Assembly (NCBI GenBank): GCA_036172245.1
Contig: JAYWIR010000009.1
Location: 1,984,001 to 2,048,000 of the forward strand
Length of the DNA: 64,000 nt
From: Raillietiella orientalis
Lineage: Eukaryota
Direction of reading: 5' to 3'
Position numbers and translations under genes: made by a program. The notes beneath the pieces were generated by a model that was given only the letters and a program-made list of their open reading frames with translations, was not told where the DNA came from and searched no databases. Of the stretch, positions 13,147-23,600 are shown one piece after another. Position 1 is the stretch's first letter. The number at the start of each line of letters is the position of its first letter.

Positions 13147-14275
13147 CCCTGGCATGTTCAATACATTTATTCTGAACAGGGTTCCGTTTTTTTTCCGTAT
13201 TCTTTTGGTACACAAAAAAGTAAAAAATTGAAAAACCTTCAACACACATTAGAACCTTATTTTACATTCCAACTGCTTTATATTCATATGATTCACTGGA
13301 GATTCAGCCAACTTTATGGTGAATTCTTGCAGCATGCTTTAAGTTTTTATGTTTTAAGATGTAGCATTAACCACTCTAGGTTCTTATATACCCTAACAGT
13401 AGTACGAATGTATTAGTATAAGTGAATCAAACTGAAAGCTGATGCATTAGTCATTCCTCACCAAGTCATTCCCATCTGCCAACTGGTTTGGTAAACCAGT
13501 CTTTTCATATCAACATATTTCTTTGTCATGAAATACTTTTTTTCGTCAATATTTCATTTCTTAACACAGCTCTTTCAGGAAGTCTCATTTCCAAAGTTTG
13601 GTGCATCCTTACATTCTTGTGCGTGACAGTTTTGCGTTTCGTGGTTTTCTGAATGAATACAAAAATTTCGAGAGTGCCCGATAAATTAATTTAGATCAAA
13701 ACTATATCTGCAAACACGGAAAGTTTTCTGTGCGCGCCTTGAATTGTTTTAAATGTCTTGTGATCCGTATACCTCAGAATGCATCCATACCTTACCACGC
13801 AGGAATCCATGATTACACTTAGGAATTCAATAAAAATTTTTATCAAAATTCCTCCCCCCATTCTAGCACAAAAGTTTCACATGCGAGTGATATTTGCAAA
13901 TTAAGTAATTTATTATTATTATTGCTCCCATAATAATAATCCATTTCAACTAACAGATGCAATAAATGTGCATTTCGTTTCTGTTTTTTTCAATGTGATT
14001 ATATGCTTCTCAGGGAACGCATGCTATATGTTACGCTGATGGTCGGTCTTCAAAAGTGATTACACTTTAACCGTAGGTGTGTTTCTGCAGTGAAAAAACT
14101 GAACCTCACAGTTTGTTTAGTTATCGTCCTCCATCGTGAATGAGTGCTCCGAGGATCGGACCTGTGAAAAGTGAAAGTGAAATGCTTAAACAAACAAAAC
14201 TGAGGTTTTCTCTGCTCCTTTTGCATTTCACCGAGTGCTGCATAGGAAAGGGAGGAATGCCTCGTTTGCCTCTGG

Positions 14276-14612
14276 AAACGCAGCCAAAACAATACCAAGT
14301 TTTTCAAATCCAAATTCCTCCAGCCCATTTCTTATGTATTGAAAGGGACCACTAAATATCTGCTGCTGGCCTTCTGTTCTGAACGCTAAAGCCACTTCAG
14401 CGAATTTTGCTGACACACCAAAAAAGTCCATGATCACCATCCAAGGTACCACTCCTGGTCCTCTTATAGAAACTGCAGTTGCAACACCAGCAACAGTTCC
14501 AAGACCTACCTCCCTTGAAAGTGCAGTCACAAATACCTGAAAATGTGGCCATCGTGATGATTTGTGCCATATTTTTCCACACAGAGTAGCAAACGCATGC
14601 TTAAACATCCTC
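14276..14612 (-). pseudogene. Bacterial sodium:alanine symporter (AgcS family) N-terminal fragment (Rickettsiales/Wolbachia-like nuclear insert)
   Basis: HFQVFVTALSREVGLGTVAGVATAVSIRGPGVVPWMVIMDFFGVSAKFAEVALAF..FSGPFQYIRNGL matches the AgcS signature FQAxxTALxxxVGxGNIAGVAxAIxxGGPGAxFWM...KFAExxLA...GGPxYYIxxGL. Confidence 0.85.
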
Positions 14613-14779
14613 AGATGTTCAACACATGCCTTTGCTGATGCTGCTAAAACAGGAGATATGGCGGTGGTAAAAAAAATAAACCCTGAAGCGGAACTTCTTA
14701 TTACATCTACTAAGCTTTTTGAAGACGCTATATCTCCACCCATCACTCCAAAAGTCTTTGATAATGTGCCTTGAATAAA
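14613..14779 (-). pseudogene. hemA: Bacterial 5-aminolevulinate synthase fragment (Rickettsiales/Wolbachia-like nuclear insert)
   Basis: The minus strand reads FIQGTLSKTFGVMGGDIASSKSLVDVIRSSASGFIFFTTAISPVLAASAKACVEHL. This is the ALAS PLP-lysine motif (GTLxKAFGxxGGYIA) followed by the IRS..GFIFTT motif. No introns. Confidence 0.8.
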
Positions 14780-14799
14780 CGCACTCCAGCGTTCCTAAA

Positions 14800-15900
14800 G
14801 TCACTTGGTCGTAGACTCGAAGCTCCGTAATCCTGCGCTCCTTGGAAACTCCGCTGGATTCGGAAGGGACTCGAGGGTTTATAAGAGTTGCTCAGCCGCG
14901 AAACGGAACTCAGGGTGAACAGGGAGAAGTCGTCCGTGGTGCCAATTGGTGCGGCGTGGGCAGGACAGCCGGACTGGATCCGCTTAACGATACTCACGGG
15001 TAGGTACTTGGAGTATCTCAACGTCCCGAAGGGAGAATTGTGCATTGCAGAAGCCTAATACGTCTGTCTTCAGAAAAGAGAGCAGGCTCAGGGCTCGTTT
15101 CAAGCAGGCAATTTTTAGTTTCCCATCGGACCGCGCCGTAGAACACTTTCGTGGCCCCTCTCCATCGCTCCCTCCTTTTTGTTTGTACCCCAACGGAGAA
15201 GATTGGAAAGCGGATAACGGACCAACTTAGGATCGCCCTCTGGAGCACGGGGAGGTCAGCACTTGAAAGACTTGTGAGCTCCGCTTAGGGAGGGCAGTCT
15301 CGGCCTTCTGACGTTTGAGCGAATGGAGCTCCAGTTACAGTTGAGGTTACTTGCCCTCGTGGCCAAGTTGTAGAACACCAACTGTTGCGACCCTGCACGC
15401 ATTCTCATCGGGCAAGGAACAGGCAACGTGGGACTTGCATCCTTCCATAGGCGCCGTCGATGCAACATCTTGTACTGAGGACTGCAGCTTCGATGGGTGG
15501 CAACATTCAGCAGAACTCGGCTAACCAGCCCATCAGCAACAGCTGGATCTCCTACTGCCCCGAGAACGGTAGTGCCTGGCTGCAGGAACCATCGCACGTG
15601 AGCAAAGCACAACGAGCGATGTGCGGAACAGGCATAGCGTCTGCTCCACGGTTTCTATAACAACTGCTCTTTCCGCGAGGTCCTGCAACACCCCACGAAG
15701 AGTGCGGCGGCAAGAAAACCTCCCTCACCGCAGCGCTGCCCTCCGAGCGAAAATATGAACAATAGTCTGGCGGCAAGATGAGAGGGTAGTATGCAAATCT
15801 CCTTGAGTCGTGTTACAGCCCGCGGGACCTTGCGGCAAGTGGAGCTGACCATGCTGGAACGGAACTAAGGCAACTTGCCCTCGCCCTCTCGAGGGAGGTC
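14800..15900 (+). mobile_element. Degenerate L1/Tx1-like non-LTR retrotransposon fragment (RT C-terminal half and downstream region)
   Basis: ELRVNREKSSVVPIGAAWAGQPDWIRL...RYLEYLNVP and LKDL*APLREGSLGLLT align with the RT-bearing copy at 57830-58250. NSWISYCPENGSAWLQE aligns with segments near 49490 and 59515. Confidence 0.7.
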
Positions 15901-16899
15901 GACCAGCTTGGCTTTCTTTCGCAAAGAAAGCCAAGCTGGCTGCACTCCAAAATACTCGAGGTTGGAGCAGGAGCTAGTGCTGTTAAGCCTTTTTGATCGT
16001 GCAGCCAACGCAGCTCTAGACGGAACCGCTCCCGACTCCTGCAAGTCCAGGAGCATGCCCGCACCCCGAAGGAGCAGCTTTTAGAAAGCATCTAATGAGA
16101 CCAGGCGACAGAGCGGCAGCATCAGAAGAATGACAAAAAGACGGTGGTCGACGTCGGCTGACGTTCCGGGTCACGGGCACGGCAAGTGAGCCAGAGTCTC
16201 CTCGAGATTCGGATGCACCCACACGAAGTAGGCGCTGTCATCAAGGGACGCCGTCTGTGAGTTTCTGCCTCATGCGAATCCCCAGCTCACGTACTGGCGG
16301 CTGCAAACCATGTTCGGATTCTGCAAAACGTTGGGAACGCTTTCGCCTTCGGCTCATCTTTGCAACCCCGCTGTGGTGTGCCTGTCGTGTTTTCTTGCGG
16401 AAACAGAGTGATCGGCCGACCCGCCTCTTTCGCATCTCCCCACAGATGCTGTGGGGTCCTCAGGCGCAAATAGGAAAGCTTCTTCCCACGAGGTGGAAGA
16501 TGCTGACTACCACTACCAGGAAAAGCACGCGGATCCCTTGTTCTCTCATCGTGCGGATGGGACACAACTTGGGGAAGCGCCGTCCTTCGAAAAAGTTCGG
16601 CTAAGCGGAGAGCTTCTCTCGGAGGCAAGGTCTCATCGTAGCTGCTTTAGTTGAGTAGGGAGACGGCACCTCTGTCACCTCTTCCGACCAGCTTCTCGAG
16701 AAACTGTTTTGATTGCTACTCTTCGAGGCTTGGTTTCTCCAGCTTGCTCTTACCATCTGCTTGGCTGCCGCGCATAAGGGGAACGAAACGAACGTTCCAC
16801 GCTGGCTGAACTTCCCATAAAGGGGCCTCTTGAAAACCCCGAGTCGATCGGCGTGTGGCACCAACGAATGCTGACCATCGCTTTGTGTGATCTTGAATG

Positions 16900-17540
16900 G
16901 AGAAGTCGGCCAGCAGCGCTGGCTGGCTGCTCGCACGTCGGACCATGCGCACTACGTTGGAAAGTCTCTGTGGCTTGAGGCGTGTACGCGCGCGCACCCT
17001 TCCGAAGCATTTGCTTGGTGAGGGCAAAGAGTGCTCGGCCCATTCTGGGAATCGCATGGCTGCGGGCGCTGCTGAACCACCACAAAACTGCTGAACTGCT
17101 TGGCACTCGTGATCAGACGTCGAAGAGCGTCATGCCTTCGTAGCGAGAATGAACAAGAGGAGCCTCCAGGACTCGGTGGAGTCGAAGGGCACAATCGATT
17201 GCCCGTTGCCAAACAGAATCCGTGTGCGGGTGTCACGAAAGGACATCCTTCCGAGAGGAACGCGGGGTTCGAGTGAGCTGCGAAGGCACCCTTCTGGTTC
17301 GAGGACAAGCTTGCCGGTTGTGGCCAACTAGGGACCGTGCCTGCCACGCACTTCGCGAACGTATGCTTTCGCTGGCAGGTGCGTACTCGTGTGTGCTGTG
17401 GCGCGCCAGCTGGATGGCGACAGTCGCCCTCTGGAAGGCGAACAGGAGCACTGACCTACCTCTTGGCGTTCGCTTTGCACGTCACGCACGCACCTCCCAT
17501 ACCTGGCAGGCGGACGCGCTGAGCACTGCTTAAGCCTGCA
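16900..17540 (+). mobile_element. Possible decayed L1-clade ORF2 C-terminus (zf-RVT/CCHC region)
   Basis: The fragments HNRLPV, CRLWPTRDRACHALRER and VLWRASWMATVALWKAN follow the order H.rLP / CxxC..E..H..C / alWk.RN typical of L1-clade ORF2 ends. The match is weak. Confidence 0.35.
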
Positions 17541-18189
17541 GGGCACGCAAACGTAACCGGCGGCGAGTGTTCGTCAAGAAAACAGTCCACCGCGCCTGAG
17601 CCGTTGAGCACTGGCGCAGGCAGGCTCACAAGTCCAAGCGCCTGCCACCAACCATGCTCAAAAAGGCGGTGGCCATCTTGTCCTTCCAGGAAGTTGCTGA
17701 TAGCCAATTCTGAATGCCTGTGAAGATCAGGGGAAGGAAGGTAGACGACTCCGTTGGCAAAGGCCTTTAATGCTTGGCGTTTGCAGATCGAGCGAGGACA
17801 AGGATGGAACGATGGTGGGCAACGCGCAGACATCGAGCGGAGAGGTCAGGCTCCTCGCTACACCCGTAAGGCTCATGACTACGAATACGCCGGACACAGA
17901 ACTTCAAGATGAACATCGTGCGACTGCGTTGGCTCGACGTCGTTATCGTTTCGTTTTGCTCTGTGTTCCTAATCTCCTCTCTTTTTCGTTCCGTGACATT
18001 GGCGGCTCTTGTATGTTGATCCCGGTACATATGAAGCGAACCCAAAGACCCGAAATGCCTCTTTTTTTTGTTGTCCCCCTCCACTATCCTGTTTTGCATG
18101 TCAGTGGATCTCCCACTGAGCTTCTTAAGTATTCAAATGGAAACTGGTTCCCAATTTGTTTATTTTATAAAATGGCAATCCAAGGTAAC

Positions 18190-18540
18190 AGAGTTTTGTG
18201 ATGCAAGGCAGGTAGCCAACAGGAAGTTATCTGTTGTATTTTGTACACGACAGTTTTGATTGCAAGACATGGGTGGAGCCACGTAACATGAAGGGCATGC
18301 GTGATGTATTCCACAAGGCGAGTTTAGCTGGAACAAGGTATACATTTGGGCCTCTGGAGCGCACCTTCAGTGCAGCAAGGAATGAGGTACACTGTCAAGT
18401 CTCATTAGGTCATAAATACTGTAAGCGAAGAATTGCCTTTCCTCGAGAACCCGATACCTGGATTTGTGCCTGGTTATAAGGATTTGGGAAAACGGCAGTG
18501 CGCTTTCAAACGAAGGAGCAGTGCTTTTACAGAACGCTTG
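18190..18540 (+). pseudogene. Possible decayed tandem Kunitz-type (BPTI) domain pair; mirrored at ~48555-48905 (-)
   Basis: EFC..EPTGSYLLYFVHDSFDCKT...GTRYTFGPLER and HCQVSLGHKYC.RRIAF..EPDTWICAWL*GFGKTAVRFQTKEQC resemble Kunitz spacing (TGxC..YF.FD; G.N.F.T.EQC), with several cysteines lost. Confidence 0.3.
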
Positions 18541-20619
18541 GCGCGAGGGGTATGTCGATGTATATTCGAACGCCATGCAAGAAGGCGAGACGCTCCGGAG
18601 AAGGTTACGAGATTAAAAAACTGAGATGCCCATGGACGGATGCGGACGATCAGCGGAAGAAGAAGATAATAAATGCTTACGCCGTGAGGCATAGAAGCGG
18701 TTTCGAAATATCTGATAGTTGATTTCCAAACGTGCAGGGACATCGAATGGATCTGTAGAAAACAAAAATAATAACAACTATTTGACATGTGCCCCGCCGT
18801 TTGTAATTCTTATTTTCAAGTATATAGAGGCATAAGTGATTAGCAATAAATTGATTTGTCGACTCGATCGTCCGGCATATCAGGAAGGGAGGTGATGGTT
18901 TGTTTCCAATGGTGGATTATGGCGCCGATCCGTGTCCCAGTTTGCAGAGACGACGACATGGATTGTGTTGAAAAACTTGGTGCAACTGGCTGGGATCAAG
19001 TACCGCTCTCGGGTTGGGCTTACCTCAGCATCTTCAAGTCTTAAGATGATTTCAGGAGCTTCGGATGCTGGAATAACCAGCTCTCTTTTTTTAAAAAAAA
19101 AACTGGGAAGGATGCTGTAATTTCATGGAAATTTTGATTCTGACCTACGCCTACTTTCCCCATATCCAGTGTGCATGCAGAGCCACTCTTTCTAAAACCA
19201 TCACTCCCACTGTTAAAGGGTCAAACGCATGCTGTCTGGTAATCACATCAGCAGAGTCACAAACTGCGTTACCATCTTCATCTTTGTAGACGACTGCATT
19301 TGAACACAAGCCTGCTGGAAAGAGTCTCCTAGCCAGCAGCTTGCAAAGTGGCGACTCCAGAATGGCTACAGTTATCAGGAATCTATTGCAAAGTCACCCA
19401 GAAGCCAATTTTGTGCCTTGTTCAGCAACGTGCCATCAAAGATTTCACTGTTTTGCTGAGAACTGGATGAATTGCACCAGGAAGCGGCACGTTCCACCTA
19501 ATGACGCATCGAAAAGTGCGCACGAAGATGCGCAATCCCTAATCAGCTTCCAAAACCAACGGAGTCAAATCAGAGATCGAACCTGTCGGTTCGTCTCCTT
19601 AGGAATATCGCAGTGGCTCTATCCATAAACCCCTCGATCTGAAGATGCGCGCGCGCCTTCAGCCGCAAGTCCGGCACCCGGGAACCACTCATCAGCAAAA
19701 TTGGCAATACACTGGCTTCCAACGCAGTCGAAGGCAGGAAAAACAGGAGCAAGGTGTTCATGTATCACCCATCCATCAATATGCATCCATCCGCATCTTC
19801 TCCATACGGATATGTGCACTTTTATTTTGTTTGAGCTTCCGGGATTCTTTATCTCGGCGCTGGCGACTTTCAAACCAGTCCTCATGGACGAAGTGGATCG
19901 ATTTGCCACGCAAGTCAGAGAAGAAATCCATTCAACCATTGCTGGGACAGAAAGCGTACCAACGAGATTGAGGACAGCAACCGCCAGACAACTGCGAGCG
20001 AATCGTCAAATCTCGAGAGACCTTTCGCGTAAGAAATCGCAAGTGTCACGTAAGAAGAATCCGGAACGTACATTCCAGCCGGCATGACGAGAACGCGTAC
20101 GGGGACAAATCGCTGAACAACTTCCTGATCGAGGCAAGGAAAATGCGCCACCCTGGTAGCAGTCATTCCGCCTCATCCGGAAATCACTGCGATTCGTCGA
20201 CCATCGTTTCATCCGGCGGGATGGCGCGTGTCGCAGATGTGGACAGTGCAATGAGACGCCTCTTCACTTGGCAAACCACAGCGCGACCGCCTTCGTCCAC
20301 TACGCTGCCGATCACGGTGCGGTAACTCTTCCGTGTAACTTTTGGGTTATTCTAAATGAGTTTGTAGCTTTTCGCGATTGTTTCCTTAGTTTTGTTTAAA
20401 AGTGTGTTGTCACAAAATCTGTATGTACACGCGGTCTTTCCACAGTTGTGGTCGTACAAGGGTGACACAGAACCTGACGGTCTGATGGTCTGTTCTGAAT
20501 TATTCCATTACTTGAATGTTTAAAGAATAACAATGTCGACATAATTAAATCTATTCAATTCTATCACAAACTATCCTTGCTGCATTCTCTTATATTCGCG
20601 CACTACATGAGCCATGATG

Positions 20620-23600
20620 ATTCCTCAGAAGCCCGCTCGCGGTACGGCACGCCTGAATGCCCCTTCCCCTTTCAACTCGCTATTGTCTTCTCCACCCAAT
20701 TTATCCCCAACTGCCTGCCCCCTTTTCCCTCAAGGAAAGGGTTTCCTTTGTTTGCCTCTCCGGGAAAAAGTGTCTCCCAGAAGGAGAAGGGCTGCCTTCG
20801 GGCAATGGCGGCTCCTTAGATAAACTGGGCACTCTTCTCGTCGTTCTCTGGCAGAATCAGGGCTGCCAAATACCGATACATATATCTGCCTCCATACCGG
20901 CTTTGATGGACAGCGCTGATCTATGCCGGTGGAGGAACATGACATCCCTGAATGCGCTGATGCCCGCTTGTGGGTTCCCCTCCCTACTCCGCTGCCTCTG
21001 ATGTGCCCTCTGTATGGATGCCATGGGTGCTCGGTGGCCTCGACCCCAGCGGAACGCAGACGCAACATGAAGCGCCATCTAGTTCGAACTCATGACATCA
21101 GTGTGACTGGAATGGCGACATTCTGCGGGACCTGCCGATCCCCTATACCTCATCCTGCACCCACGGTACACGTTTGCAGGAAAAAAGCGATCCCATTATC
21201 CGCCGCGGTTCGCATGCTGAAGTTCAGGTGCCCCCGTTGCCCCAACCGCTTCCACGAAAGAGGCTTACTGAAGAGGCATGTGCGCATCGTGCACAAGGAG
21301 CAGAATAACCTCTCCTTTGACTGTGCTGACGAACAAGCCTGGATACCACTGTCGGACCCTGTGCCTGGTGCCTCCCCTTCCTCGGTGACAGCTTTCGGCG
21401 CCAGGAGCGATGACGATCATTTAATCACCAGCCTGGCGCAACTCGGGCCTTCCCCAAGCGTGTCGAACAGTTCCGTCCTTACCGTCGCTTCCCCCTCACA
21501 AACTGACATTGCTGCCCTGTCTGACGCGGCGGATGTGCTCTTGGGAGCCGGTGAATTCGGGAGCACTGCAACAGTGGCGTGTTCCGGGAGGAGCGCAATA
21601 AGACTCTGATGGTGAATACCACGAGACGGTGCTTGCCGATAGTGCAGGAACCCACGACCCTTGACGACTCTAGCCAACACGTCGTCTCTTCCGTGCCCTC
21701 CCTCGAATAGCTGACGAGCTGGGTGTCGGACCTCGGGATTAACGTACCACCGAGTGCACCCCCAGTCTCCAAATCTTACATCCGTGAGGTTTCCCTGAGG
21801 CTTGCTTCCCCAAGTGACACTTTCCCCCACCCGGAGCCGCCGGTCGTGCCCATCGATGGAGAAGCTTTCAGCCCTAACCATCCCTACCGACGCCCATCGA
21901 ACCGGCCCCGCCACAACCGAATACACCGGATGTTTCTCTTCTTGGCCACGATGCGCTTCAGGTGCTTTTTCCCATGCCAAAGTACATACACTGCATTGAA
22001 GAGGGATGAGGCTGGGAATCCACAACGGCGTACGGGAGCCGTACCCTACAATCGCTCGATCGCCACTTGAAGCACGTCCCCAAGCTGGCCATTAAAAGGC
22101 ACTCCTTGGCGTGTCGTCGTTGCCTCCTTCCGGTGACCGTGCCCACGCATCTCCATAGATGTGTAAAGATAGCTCCAGAAGCCACCGAACCGAACACCTC
22201 CTGGGCCCAGTTCCTACAGCCACACTGCTCGCTCGCCTTCCCCAACGAGAAGGGGTTACAGAACCACCTGAGATGGCATCAAATGGTGAAACGCTCGCTC
22301 CAACGTTCACGCCCCACATCAGTGCTGGCTCTTCCCCCAGTGAAGGATCCCCCCCCGTTCCGACTATCCCACTAGCGAACAGATTCGAACGACTTGGCCA
22401 ACTCCCGCCTACGGAGCATACCCCTCGATCCTATGAGTGGGCGATTGGGAAGGATGGAGTACTCACCAGGCAGTGAACCTCGGCCTCCGCCTGTGGCATC
22501 CGCTTACCCTCATCGGCGCTCGTTTGCTCGCGGAAAAGCGCCTTCTCAGCCACAATGTCGACGGAGGAAGCATTACCTTACCCCAACCTCTCGACCACAT
22601 GCCATGGCCCCGTCCCTACGACAGACATTTTTCGGCAGAAAAGCCATGCGCTTACCCAATGTTCACCTATCACGAGCGCTTGACGACGTTGTGCAGCTGC
22701 AGCCGAGCCTTGACACATGGAAGAGGACGTTGCTGGCTCTCCAAGAGTATCGTCGACGCGTCCAGAGCACTGTTTCTGAACCCCACAAGAAGGGTCGGGG
22801 GGTTGCACGCACCGCACTTCCACAGAGGAATACACCTGGGAGGGCCCGCCTTCAACTTGTATACAGGACTTAACGGAGGCGAGCAATAAGGGAAATCCTT
22901 GGACATCACCACGGTCGGTGCACTGTCGACTCTGCGGGTATGCACGCATACCTCAGTGACATCCACTCTCCGAAGCACATGGACAGCTCCCAACTGGACA
23001 GAGCCCCGCCCCCCCCAATCGAACCCTTGGACCTCCAACCACTCCTCCCTGACGAAATCCTTGAATGTCTTGCGAAGTGCGAGGGAACACTGCCCCTGGT
23101 GAGGACCGCATTGCATACGCCACACTCCTAAGGGATGATCCTCAGGCAGCCGTCTTGACACGGCTATATGGTGCCTGCCTGACCCATCGCCGATTCCCTA
23201 AGGAATGGAAAGACAGCTTTTCCATCCTCATCCCGAAGAAACAATACCCGCGAAAAGATCTCCTTAGCGACTTCCGCCCCATCGCGATTGGCAACACGAT
23301 GGGGAAAGTGCTTGCCAAGTGCTTGGCGAAGAGACTTCGGGACTGGAACATGAGCAGTGGCGTGATCGGTCTTCGGCAGAAGGGCTTCCTCCCCTTCGAT
23401 GGGGTACCGGAGAGCAATTTCACCCTCTCTACCCTCAATGACGAAGCCCGCATGCAACGGAAGCCGCTGTGCATTGCCTGGGTTGATTTGAAAGATGCGT
23501 CCTCCTTCCTCCCCCATGACTATCTACTTGCATCTCTTTTTCACGCAAGGCTGGTTCATCACTTCACCGATCTTATCCGCGACCTTTACGATGGATCTGT

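Noticed and set aside
13787..13823. U1 snRNA-like string (ATACCTTACC..GCAGG..CCATGATTAC)
   Set aside because: Short, gapped similarity only; no downstream stem-loops or Sm site.
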